From Acidimicrobiia bacterium (lineage in GTDB: Bacteria > Actinomycetota > Acidimicrobiia > Acidimicrobiales > Aldehydirespiratoraceae), in contig JAJEEV010000037.1 of NCBI GenBank assembly GCA_022820805.1, positions 71,923 through 135,922 on the forward strand: DNA of 64,000 nt, given 5' to 3'. Each line of letters begins with the position of its first letter. Position 1 is the first letter of the stretch. Both the position numbers and the translations under genes were made by a program. Shown here in pieces: positions 37,874 through 45,694 of this stretch. The notes beneath the pieces are model-generated. The model searched no databases and had not been told where the DNA came from. It was given only the letters and a program-made list of their open reading frames with translations.

Positions 37874-38353
37874 GTGAAGGAAGCAGTTGACCGGGAGTTC
37901 GTGGTAGCGGCCGCCCGTGACGAGGTGTGGCCCCGCCTGCTGGACGTGCAGGCGGTGGCGTCGTGGCTGCCGATCATGCACTCGGTGACCGAGATGTCGT
38001 CGAGCCCCGCCGGGATCGACGGCTCCAGCTTCCAGGCCGCTTTCGAGGACAAGGTCGGCCCGTTCTCGCTGCGAGCCGACCTGCACATCGAGGTTGCCGG
38101 TGTGAGCGAGCCCGAGGAGGTGGCCATCCGTGCCCGGGGCGAGGACCGCCAGATCCGCTCCCGCATCATGATCGACGCCGCCTGCCGCCTGTCCGACGCC
38201 GGTCCCAAACAGACCCGGGTCCGACTCAGCGGCTCCTACGAGATCACCGGTCGGGTCGCCACCCTCGGCGCCGGCGTCATCCGCTCCAAGGCCAACAAGC
38301 TAATAGACACCTTCTGCACCAACGCCGCCTCGGGCCTCGCCACTGGGGGCTGA
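37874..38353 (+). CDS. CoxG-like SRPBCC protein
   Basis: CoxG pattern (VDREFVVAAARDEVWPRLLDVQAVASWLP, GRVATLGAGVIRSKANKLIDTF); start GTG 37874 (ORF opens at TTG 37847). Confidence 0.75.
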   Translation: MKEAVDREFVVAAARDEVWPRLLDVQAVASWLPIMHSVTEMSSSPAGIDGSSFQAAFEDKVGPFSLRADLHIEVAGVSEPEEVAIRARGEDRQIRSRIMIDAACRLSDAGPKQTRVRLSGSYEITGRVATLGAGVIRSKANKLIDTFCTNAASGLATGG

Positions 38354-38365
38354 CTCCCTGAGCTG

Positions 38366-38430
38366 AGAGGCCGAGCCGCGCAGGCACGCGAATCCGGCCT
38401 GCTCCGACTCCGCTCTCGCAGGAATACGCC
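38366..38430. repeat. Degenerate partial copy (C) of the MITE-like element
   Basis: AGAGGCCGAGC and AGGCACGCGAATCCGGCC shared with copy B; starts 12 nt after the coxG-like stop. Confidence 0.4.
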
Positions 38431-38461
38431 ATTCGGGCCGTTCTCGACAAAGATCGGGCCT

Positions 38462-39253
38462 GTGACGGTGTTGCCTGAGTTGGGGCTGGTCCGGTCTGAC
38501 GACCTGGACGGGGTGCTGGCTGCGGTCGACTACGACCATGCCCCCTACGCCGGCGGGACCGAGTTGGTGCCGGCCATGGGGCTGGGTCTGCGCCGTCCGG
38601 CGGCCGTTGTGGACCTCAAGCGGGTCGAGGCCCTGAGGGGGATCGACGTCGACGCCGGGGCCGCCACGGTGACTATCGGGGCGGCGGTGACCCATCGCCG
38701 GCTGTCGGACCATCCGGCTGTCCGCGAGCACCTGCCCACGCTGGCCGCCGCGGCGTCCCGGGTGGGCAACGCCCGGGTGCGCTCCACCGGAACCGTGGGC
38801 GGCAACCTCTGCTTCGCCGAGCCCCGCTCCGACCTGGGCTGCGTGCTGGTCGCGCTGGGTGCCACCGCCGAGGTTCGCTCCGCCCGGGTCACCCGCACCC
38901 TCAGCATCGACGAGCTGATCGTGGGCGCATTCGAGACCTCGCTAGAGCCGGACGAGATCCTCACCACCATTGCTGTGCCGTTCGAGCCGCCCGGCATGTC
39001 GTACTGGAAGCTCCAGAGCTACGAGCGGCCCACCCTCGGCGTCGCCCTGGTGGTCTCCGAGTCCCGGTGGGAGGTCACTGTGGGCGCGGCCACCGAGCGG
39101 CCCACCCGGGCCGTGCTCGCTGCGGGCGACACTGCCGGGCTGGCCGCCTTCGTCGACGGGTTGGAGCTCAGCGACGACATGACCGGCCCGCCCGAGTACA
39201 AGCGTTCGGTGTTGCGGTCCCACCTCGGACGGAACCTGGGGGCGACGGCATGA
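38462..39253 (+). CDS. Molybdenum hydroxylase FAD-binding (medium, CoxM-like) subunit
   Basis: YAGGTELVPAM, TVGGNLCFAEPRSD, PPEYKRSVL C-terminus. Confidence 0.85.
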   Translation: MTVLPELGLVRSDDLDGVLAAVDYDHAPYAGGTELVPAMGLGLRRPAAVVDLKRVEALRGIDVDAGAATVTIGAAVTHRRLSDHPAVREHLPTLAAAASRVGNARVRSTGTVGGNLCFAEPRSDLGCVLVALGATAEVRSARVTRTLSIDELIVGAFETSLEPDEILTTIAVPFEPPGMSYWKLQSYERPTLGVALVVSESRWEVTVGAATERPTRAVLAAGDTAGLAAFVDGLELSDDMTGPPEYKRSVLRSHLGRNLGATA

Positions 39254-39393
39254 CCGCCCTCGCGGCTACAAGCGATCGGTGCTGTGGGTTTGTCTCGAAC
39301 GGAACCTGGGGGCGACGGCATGACCGCCCGCCCGAGTACAAGCGCTCAGTGTTGCGGACCCACCTCGAGCGCGCATTAGGGGCGACCCGATGA
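39179..39393. repeat. Junction minisatellite: coxM 3' end repeated 3x (71/70/70 bp)
   Basis: Units start 39179, 39250, 39320 (ATGACCG..CCCGAGTACAAGCG..GGGGCGAC..), a fourth ATGACCGCC at 39390. Confidence 0.85.
39250..39393 (+). CDS. Junction-repeat mini-ORF (47 aa), stop/start-overlapped on both sides
   Basis: ATG overlaps coxM TGA (ATGA 39250-39253); its TGA overlaps the next ATG (39390-39393); C-terminus PPEYKRSVLRTHLERALGATR mimics the coxM end. Confidence 0.3.
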   Translation: MTALAATSDRCCGFVSNGTWGRRHDRPPEYKRSVLRTHLERALGATR

Positions 39394-39485
39394 CCGCCGC
39401 ATCTCACGTGCGTGGGGTTGGTGCCGGCCCAACAGGCAGCCAGTGGCCGAACCACGGACCCAGCAGCCCCGGAGCGGTTCGGTGA
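39390..39485 (+). CDS. Junction-repeat mini-ORF (31 aa)
   Basis: ATGA overlap at 39390-39393, GTGA overlap with the coxS start at 39482-39485. Confidence 0.3.
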   Translation: MTAASHVRGVGAGPTGSQWPNHGPSSPGAVR

Positions 39486-40000
39486 CCGGTTCCCCGGCCG
39501 CGACCTCGACTGTGGTCCGGGTGCGGGTCAACGGCCGCGCCATCGAGATGTTGGTGCCGGTGCGGCTCACCGTGGCCGAACTGCTGCGGGACCGGCTCGG
39601 GCTCACCGGTACCAAGGTCAGCTGCGAGATGCAGGTGTGCGGCGTGTGCACGGTGCTGGTGGACGGCAACCCGGTCAGTTCATGCGCCACCCTGGCCTGC
39701 GACCTCCACGGCTCCGAAGTGCTCACCGTCGAGGGCCTGGCCCGGGGCCGGGACCTGCACCCGGTGCAGGAGGCCTTCATGGCCGCCAACGCCCTGCAGT
39801 GCGGCTTCTGCACGCCCGGTCTCATCATGATGGCCGTCGCCCTACTCGAGGATCATCCCGGCGCCGAGCCCGACGAGATCCGCGAGTGGATGGACGGGAA
39901 CCTGTGCCGCTGCACCGGCTACGCGCCCATCGAGACCGCAGTAACCGTCGCCGCGGCGCGCATGGCCGCCACTACCGCTCCGCCGGAGGGCGACCAGTGA
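39482..40000 (+). CDS. Molybdenum hydroxylase [2Fe-2S] (small, CoxS-like) subunit
   Basis: CEMQVCGVCTV, CGFCTPG, CRCTGY; start set at GTG 39482 (coupled); ORF opens at 39443. Confidence 0.85.
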   Translation: MTGSPAATSTVVRVRVNGRAIEMLVPVRLTVAELLRDRLGLTGTKVSCEMQVCGVCTVLVDGNPVSSCATLACDLHGSEVLTVEGLARGRDLHPVQEAFMAANALQCGFCTPGLIMMAVALLEDHPGAEPDEIREWMDGNLCRCTGYAPIETAVTVAAARMAATTAPPEGDQ

Positions 40001-40041
40001 TCGCGGCGGTCGGCGCGGCGTGTTGGGACGGCGACCGGTGA
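39997..40041 (+). CDS. Junction-repeat mini-ORF (14 aa)
   Basis: GTG overlaps coxS TGA (GTGA 39997-40000); ends ..CWDGDR with TGA overlapping the next GTG (40038-40041). Confidence 0.25.
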   Translation: MIAAVGAACWDGDR

Positions 40042-40133
40042 GGGTACGGCTCCGGCTCCGGTGGCGGCTCGCACCGGCGCGGTGGTCGACTGGGTGCCCG
40101 ATGGGCGCGGCGTGTTGGGAGGGCGACCAGTGA
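40038..40133 (+). CDS. Junction-repeat mini-ORF (31 aa)
   Basis: Ends ..CWEGDQ-TGA overlapping coxL GTG (GTGA 40130-40133); 40104-40133 repeats 40012-40041. Confidence 0.25.
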   Translation: MRVRLRLRWRLAPARWSTGCPMGAACWEGDQ

Positions 40134-42478
40134 GCGTCCCCACTGGCAGCGTGCCTCGCAGCGACGGCTGGGAGAAGGTCACCGGCCGGGCCCGTTACGC
40201 CGTCGACATGGCCTTGCCCAACATGGCCCACGCAGCGGTGGTGCGCTCCGAGCGGGCCCACGCCCGCATCACCGGCATCGACCGGGCCGAGGCCCAAGCC
40301 GCCCCGGGTGTGATCGCGGTGGTCACCGCCGACGACCTCGGCTACCTCGGCCGCCGCTTCGGCCACATCGTCTGTGACCACCCGATCCTGGCCGTCGACA
40401 AGGTCCGCTACTACGGCGAACCGGTAGCGGTGGTGGTGGCCGAGACCCCCCAACAGGCCGCCGACGCGGCCGAGCTGGTGTGGGTCGACTACGACGACCT
40501 GCCCGCCCTCACCGGCGCGGCCGGCGCCCTCGCCTCCGATGCCCTCATCCACGAGCAGTCTTATCCCCCGCCCGGCGAGGCGTTCCTGGGCGTGGCTCCG
40601 GCCGCCTCCACCGACAACGTCGCCCACCATGACGAGCTGGCCTGGGGCGACGCCGGGGCCGCCCTGGCCGCGGCCGCCACCGTGGTCGAGACCACCGCCA
40701 GCTTCCCGCTGGTCTACGGCTACGCCATGGAGACCTACAACGCGGTGGCCGACTGGCAGCACGGCTCCCTGCACGTGATCTCCACCGCCCAGCACCCGCT
40801 GATGGTCCGCAAGGAGCTGGCCCGCATCTTCTCGCTGCCGCTGGCCGCGGTGCGCGTCGAGGTGCCCTACATCGGCGGCGGCTACGGCTCCAAGTCCTAC
40901 ACCAAGCTCGAGCCCCTGGCGTCGGTGGTGTCGTGGGCCGCGGGACGGCCCATCAAGGTCACCACTGACATCGAGGGGGCCATGAACACCACCCGGGCCG
41001 ACGGCGCCGTCGTCACCGTGCGCACCGGCTTCGACGCCGGCGCCCGCATCTGCGCCCGCGACATCGAGATCCGTTTCGACACCGGCGCCTACGCCGACAA
41101 CAGCCCTCTAGTGCTCACCAAGAGCATCAACCGCAGTTTCGGCCCCTACCGGGTGCCCAACCTGCGGGTGCGGGGGACCGCGGTGTACACCAACACCTCC
41201 CCGGCGTCCTCGTACCGGGGTTTCGGCGCGCCCCAGGGTGCGCTGGCCGGCGAGCTGAACATGGACATGGCTGCCGAGCGGCTCGGCATCGACCCCGTCG
41301 AGCTGCGCCGCCGCAACCTGCTTGCCCCCGGCGACACGATCATCGACGGCAAGCGCCCCCTCGACGCCGACCTGGTCGCCGACCTCGACGCCATCGTCGC
41401 CGCGCTCGAACGCCCCGCCCCCAGCGGTGCGCACGCACCCGCTGATGTGGCCGGCAGGGTCCGTGCCGCTGATTCCGCTTCGGCCCCGGCCACAGATGGC
41501 GGCCACGACGCTGGCAGCGGCCCTCTCCGGGGTTGGGGGGTGGCCGTGTCCGCCAGCGACGCCGGCGCGTCGCCGATCTCCACCGCCCAGGTCCGCATGC
41601 ACGCCGACGGGTCGGTCACGCTGCTGGTGAGCAGCACCGAGATGGGTCAGGGCAGCCGCACCGCGCTGGCCCAGATCGCGGCCCGGGAGCTGGGCGTGCC
41701 GATGGAGGCGGTGGCCGTCGGCCAGAGCGACACCCGGTTCACGCCCTTCGAGTGGACCACCGGCGCCAGCCGCACCACCACCGTGGTCGGCCTGGCCGTG
41801 CAGGCCGCCTGCACCGACCTGTGGAACAACCTGCGAGCCAAGGCCGCCGAATCCGCCGGCGTCTCCCTCGACCGCACCGAGGTCCACGACGGCCGGGTCT
41901 ATGTCGACGGCGAGGCGCTGACCCCGGCTGAGGTGATCCGGCAGTGGTTCGGCGCCGACGCCGGCGAGGTCGTGGGCGTGGGGGTGATCCGCCGTGACGG
42001 CGCCACCGAGATGCTGCCCCCGTTCTGGGAGATCGGCGCCGTCGGGGTGGAGGTGTCGGTCGATACCGCCACCGGCGAGGTCACCGTCGAGCACCTGGTG
42101 ACCGTGGGCGACGTCGGCCATGCCGTGAACCCCGACCTGGTCAAGGGCCAGGATTTGGGCGCGGCCACCCAAGGTCTGGGCATCGCCCTGTGGGAGGAGA
42201 TGGTCTACGACGGCGAGCAGCTCACCAACCCCAACCTGATCGAGTACCGGGTGCCCCGCCTGCGCGACACTCCCCGCCGGATCACGTCGGTGCTGGCCGA
42301 GCGGGGCGACGGGGCCGGACCCTACGGCGTGAAGGGCGCCGGCGAGGGCGCCCTCAACCCGGTCCCGGCCGCTGTGGCCGCCGCCGTCGGCCGGGCCGTC
42401 GGCGTATGGCCCACCGAGGTGCCCCTGACCCCGCCGAGGGTCTGGTCCCTCCTCCAGGAAGCCGCCAACGAGGTCTGA
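40130..42478 (+). CDS. Molybdopterin-binding (large, CoxL-like) subunit of a xanthine dehydrogenase-family hydroxylase
   Basis: EKVTGRARYAVDM, SSYRGFGAPQGA, GAGEGALNPVPAA; no CO-dehydrogenase VAYRCSFR-type signature seen. Confidence 0.9.
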   Translation: MSVPTGSVPRSDGWEKVTGRARYAVDMALPNMAHAAVVRSERAHARITGIDRAEAQAAPGVIAVVTADDLGYLGRRFGHIVCDHPILAVDKVRYYGEPVAVVVAETPQQAADAAELVWVDYDDLPALTGAAGALASDALIHEQSYPPPGEAFLGVAPAASTDNVAHHDELAWGDAGAALAAAATVVETTASFPLVYGYAMETYNAVADWQHGSLHVISTAQHPLMVRKELARIFSLPLAAVRVEVPYIGGGYGSKSYTKLEPLASVVSWAAGRPIKVTTDIEGAMNTTRADGAVVTVRTGFDAGARICARDIEIRFDTGAYADNSPLVLTKSINRSFGPYRVPNLRVRGTAVYTNTSPASSYRGFGAPQGALAGELNMDMAAERLGIDPVELRRRNLLAPGDTIIDGKRPLDADLVADLDAIVAALERPAPSGAHAPADVAGRVRAADSASAPATDGGHDAGSGPLRGWGVAVSASDAGASPISTAQVRMHADGSVTLLVSSTEMGQGSRTALAQIAARELGVPMEAVAVGQSDTRFTPFEWTTGASRTTTVVGLAVQAACTDLWNNLRAKAAESAGVSLDRTEVHDGRVYVDGEALTPAEVIRQWFGADAGEVVGVGVIRRDGATEMLPPFWEIGAVGVEVSVDTATGEVTVEHLVTVGDVGHAVNPDLVKGQDLGAATQGLGIALWEEMVYDGEQLTNPNLIEYRVPRLRDTPRRITSVLAERGDGAGPYGVKGAGEGALNPVPAAVAAAVGRAVGVWPTEVPLTPPRVWSLLQEAANEV

Positions 42479-42858
42479 CCCGCCCCGAGATTGGGTCCCT
42501 CAGATCTCGGGTGCGCAACCTGTCGTATACCCGGACAACTCGCCCCGAGATTGCGTCCCCCCAGATCTCGGGTGCGCAACGTGTCGTATACCTGTGCTGC
42601 TCGCCCCGAGATTGCGTCCCCCCAGATCTCGGGTGCGCAACGTGTCGTATACCCGTACTGCTCGCCCCGAGATTCTGTCCCCCAGATCTCGGGTGCGAAA
42701 CGTGTCGTATGCCCGCATTACTCGCCCCGAGATTGCGTCCCCCAGATCTCGGGCGCGAAACGTGTCGTATGCCCGCATTACTCGCCCCGAGATTGGGTCC
42801 CTCAGATCTCGGGCGCGATACCGGTTGTATGCCTGTGCTGTTCGCCCCGAGATTCTGC
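42479..42858. repeat. Tandem array, 6.3 copies of a 60/61-bp hairpin-containing unit (family 2a)
   Basis: Units start 42481, 42541, 42602, 42663, 42723, 42783, 42843; each has inverted repeat CCCGAGAT..ATCTCGGG and GTGTCGTAT(A/G)CC. Confidence 0.9.
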
Positions 42859-42867
42859 GGGGGACGG

Positions 42868-43998
42868 TTACGGGTCGCTCTCCAGCAGGGCCAGCGCGGC
42901 TCCCAGGTACTGCTCGGCGGCCTGGGTCATGCGGATCAGCCCGTACGTGTCGAGCACGGCCCGCTTGAGCCGGTCGGGGCTGGCCCGGCGCAGCGCGGCC
43001 TGCTGGATCACGCCGGCCACCGCATGGGCCGGCTGCTCACCGCTACCGGCCCGCCCCAGCAACTCCTGGCGCTTGTGGCCCATGAGCTCGGCGATCTCGT
43101 TGAGGGGCACCTCGTACAGCGACCGCTCGCCCAGTTCCCGGACCACCACCGCAGCGGTGCCGGTCATCCGCAGCACCTGCTGGACCTCGCCCGCGTTGTC
43201 GAGTTCGTCGACCTCCACCTGCCCTCGCAGCTTGAGCCGGCCGAGGGCCTGCTCCATCGGGGCCCGGGCCCTCTGCGTGACCTTCGAGGACCCGGACGCC
43301 CGGATGTACAGCCGGTAGGCCCGGTCGGCGGTGACCGGTCCCTCCGTGCCCACGATCTCGAGCAGGAACGAGGCCACCTGAGCCACCGCCGCGGTGCGAG
43401 GGTCGGGGAGTTCGCTGCCCTGCCACGCCACATGAGCCCGCGGCGCGCCATCAGCGGCCGGGTCCGGGGTCCCCGGGCCGGTTGCCGCCGGTTGGGCTGC
43501 AGTCCCGGGGCCGATCGCCTCTCCGAGTGCAGCGTCACCACCGGATCGGGCCTCCGAGTCGGGCACTCGCTCCATGAACCGCCCGGGCTGGGGCAGTTCG
43601 GAGAACCCCGCAGGCCGGTACAGCTCGTGGGCGTCGGCGGTGATGAGCATCAGCCGCCTGATCCCGGCAACGGACGGGTGCTCGCAGGCCGCCGCCACCA
43701 GCGCCTTGCCCAGCCCTCGCCCCCGGTGCTCAGCCAGCACGTACACGTCGGCCAGCCATCCGAACGTGGTCCGGTCGGTCACGATCCGGGCCCCGCCCAC
43801 CATCGAACCGTCGGCCCCGTAGATGCCGATTACCACGCTGTTGGCCGCGGCCACCTCGGTCTCCTGCCGGCTGCGGTCCCGGGCCCAGTACGCCTCTCGC
43901 ACCAGGAAGTCGTGCATGGCACCGGCGTCGAAGCGCGCCGGGTCGTCGGAGATCAGATACTCCCCGCACTGCCGCTGAAACAGACCCGCCGCACTCAC
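42868..43998 (-). CDS. GNAT N-acetyltransferase fused to a C-terminal domain of unknown function
   Basis: GNAT core VYVLAEHRGRGLGKALV; C-terminal about 200 aa (LLEIVGTEGPVTADRAYRLYIRASGSSKV..) unassigned; start GTG 43998 tentative. Confidence 0.7.
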   Translation of the reverse strand: MSAAGLFQRQCGEYLISDDPARFDAGAMHDFLVREAYWARDRSRQETEVAAANSVVIGIYGADGSMVGGARIVTDRTTFGWLADVYVLAEHRGRGLGKALVAAACEHPSVAGIRRLMLITADAHELYRPAGFSELPQPGRFMERVPDSEARSGGDAALGEAIGPGTAAQPAATGPGTPDPAADGAPRAHVAWQGSELPDPRTAAVAQVASFLLEIVGTEGPVTADRAYRLYIRASGSSKVTQRARAPMEQALGRLKLRGQVEVDELDNAGEVQQVLRMTGTAAVVVRELGERSLYEVPLNEIAELMGHKRQELLGRAGSGEQPAHAVAGVIQQAALRRASPDRLKRAVLDTYGLIRMTQAAEQYLGAALALLESDP

Positions 43999-44227
43999 GG
44001 CGCCAGACGCTACCCGTTGCCGCGGTCCGACCTGGGCCTGGCGCTTGCTCTGTAGCGCGAGATCGGTAGTATCGAAGCGGGTAAGCGGGCCGTTTTGGCC
44101 GTAGTCCGGCGCGACCGTCTGCACACCACCCCGACCAGCGGCGCCGATCTTGGTTGATGTGTCGAATGACACGAATGGAATACTAAACAGTACCAATCCA
44201 TGCTAAATTAGTAGTTACGGTGGCTGG

Positions 44228-45052
44228 CTAGAGGGTGGGGAGTAGCTCGTCGAAGAGGGCGCTGAAGCGTTCGGAGGCGGCGGCTGCGGTCTCGATGACC
44301 TCGGTGTGCGACAGCGGCTGATCGGAGATGCCGGCGGCCAGGTTGGTGCACAGCGAGATGCCCAGCACCTGGGCGCCCATGTGGCGGGCCGCGGTGGCCT
44401 CGGGCACCGTCGACATGCCCACCATCGACCCGCCCAACGCCTTGGCCATGCGGATCTCGGCCGGGGTCTCGAACATCGGGCCGTGGAACCAGAAGTACAC
44501 GCCCTCCCGCAGCGTCTGACCGAGCCGGGCCGCGGCCGCGTGGGCCTTGGCCTGCAGCGCGGGCGTGTACACGTCGGTCATGTCGGTGAAGCGGGGGCCG
44601 AGCCGCTCGTCGTTGGGTCCGGCCAGCGGGCTGATCCCGGCCAGGTTCACGTGGTCGGTGATCACGGCCAGGTCGCCTGCGGCCATGCCGTCGCCGCAGG
44701 CTCCGGCCGCGTTGGTGAGCACCACCACTCGGCATCCGGCCGTGATCGCGGTCCGCACCGCGAACGTGACGGCGTCGATGTCGTAGCCCTCGTAGGCGTG
44801 GGCCCGGCCCGACAGCATCAGCACCCGGTTGCCGCCCATCTGCGTCGAGTAGGCCGTGCCCGCATGGCCCACTGCGGTGGGGATCGGGAATCCGGGCAGG
44901 TCCCGGTACGACACCGCCACCTTGTCGCCGATCCGGTCCGGATAGCTGCCCAGCCCCGACCCCAGCACCACGCACACGTCGTGGCCCGCGCACCCGGCCC
45001 GCTCGGCCAGCACCCCCGCAGCCGCCTGCAACCGCTCATACAGATCCGTCAT
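44228..45052 (-). CDS. punA: Purine nucleoside phosphorylase / MTAP-family phosphorylase
   Basis: GGAGGAA 4 nt before ATG 45052; VVLGSGLG, RAHAYEG, GMSTVPE motifs. Confidence 0.85.
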   Translation of the reverse strand: MTDLYERLQAAAGVLAERAGCAGHDVCVVLGSGLGSYPDRIGDKVAVSYRDLPGFPIPTAVGHAGTAYSTQMGGNRVLMLSGRAHAYEGYDIDAVTFAVRTAITAGCRVVVLTNAAGACGDGMAAGDLAVITDHVNLAGISPLAGPNDERLGPRFTDMTDVYTPALQAKAHAAAARLGQTLREGVYFWFHGPMFETPAEIRMAKALGGSMVGMSTVPEATAARHMGAQVLGISLCTNLAAGISDQPLSHTEVIETAAAASERFSALFDELLPTL

Positions 45053-45090
45053 CGGTTCCTCCAATCACTTCGGGCTCGCAGCCGTTGTGG

Positions 45091-45543
45091 TCACGGGGTG
45101 GGGTGGGTGAAGCGGGCGATGTCGGTGGCGGCCTCCGGGTAGGTGGCGGTCAGCTCATCGCGGTCGCCCAACTCGAAGCCGTCGTCCTGGTAGGCGGGGG
45201 CCAGGGTGGCGCCGGTCAGCGACCAGTCGCCGGTGGTGGTGGCCGCCATCCACACCCCCGCGGGCACGGCCACCATCGGTCGCTGGCCCTGGGCCAGGTC
45301 GTCGCCCAGCACGGGCCGGCTCACGGCGCCGTCGGGCGCCAGCAGCAGCATCTCCACGGCCGCGCCCGCGTAGTGGTGCCACAGCTCGGGCCCCGGCAGG
45401 CGGTGCAGGGCCGAGAAGTCGCCCGGCCTCATCACGAAGTAGATGGCCGACGAGTGCTCGTCACGCCAGGTCTGGGTCCACATCCCGCCCTCCTGCAGCA
45501 GCGGCTCCAGTCCCAGCAGTTCGATCACGTCGTCAGCGTTCAT
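45091..45543 (-). CDS. Cupin_5 (DUF985) family protein
   Basis: LLQEGGMWTQTWR, AIYFVMRPGDFSALHRLPGPELWHHYAG, ATLAPAYQDDGFEL. Confidence 0.8.
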   Translation of the reverse strand: MNADDVIELLGLEPLLQEGGMWTQTWRDEHSSAIYFVMRPGDFSALHRLPGPELWHHYAGAAVEMLLLAPDGAVSRPVLGDDLAQGQRPMVAVPAGVWMAATTTGDWSLTGATLAPAYQDDGFELGDRDELTATYPEAATDIARFTHPTP

Positions 45544-45614
45544 GGTTGTGTCCTTGCCGCGGTTGCTGTGGGGTGAGGGGCGGACGGGGGCTCGATCACG
45601 TCGTCAGCGTTCAT
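45540..45614 (-). CDS. Junction-repeat mini-ORF (24 aa, MNADDVIEPPS..)
   Basis: ATGA overlaps at both ends (45611-45614 and 45540-45543); N-terminus copies the cupin N-terminus. Confidence 0.3.
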   Translation of the reverse strand: MNADDVIEPPSAPHPTATAARTQP

Positions 45615-45694
45615 GGTTGTGTCCTTGCCGCGGTTGCTGTGCGTTGAGCGTTGAGGGAGGTGGACGGCAGTTCGATCACGTAGTCAGCGTTCAC
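45611..45694 (-). CDS. Junction-repeat mini-ORF (27 aa, VNADYVIEL..)
   Basis: GTGA overlap at 45691-45694, ATGA overlap at 45611-45614. Confidence 0.3.
   Translation of the reverse strand: MNADYVIELPSTSLNAQRTATAARTQP

Noticed and set aside
39412-40041. 209-aa ORF overlapping coxS in another frame
   Set aside because: It has Arg/Gly/Pro-rich shadow-frame composition. Only its last 14 codons (39997-40041) are considered, as a junction mini-ORF.
37874-42478. CoxG-M-S-L genes, considered as an aerobic carbon monoxide dehydrogenase
   Set aside because: The large subunit shows the generic SSYRGFGAPQG motif and I could not find the CODH active-site loop (VAYRCSFR or AYRGAGR). I therefore call it a generic xanthine-dehydrogenase-family hydroxylase.
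42479-42858. Regular 60-bp array with a palindromic core, considered as a CRISPR array
   Set aside because: The whole unit is conserved. Only about 8 nt vary and these are shared between units, so there are no unique spacers. No leader or cas genes are present, and the same units occur as 2-4-copy arrays elsewhere.
45091-45543. Cupin next to methionine-salvage genes, considered as acireductone dioxygenase (MtnD)
   Set aside because: The sequence matches the DUF985/Cupin_5 pattern (EGG..E, IYFL..g..S.fHRL..eE.WH.Y.G) rather than the ARD metal motif.
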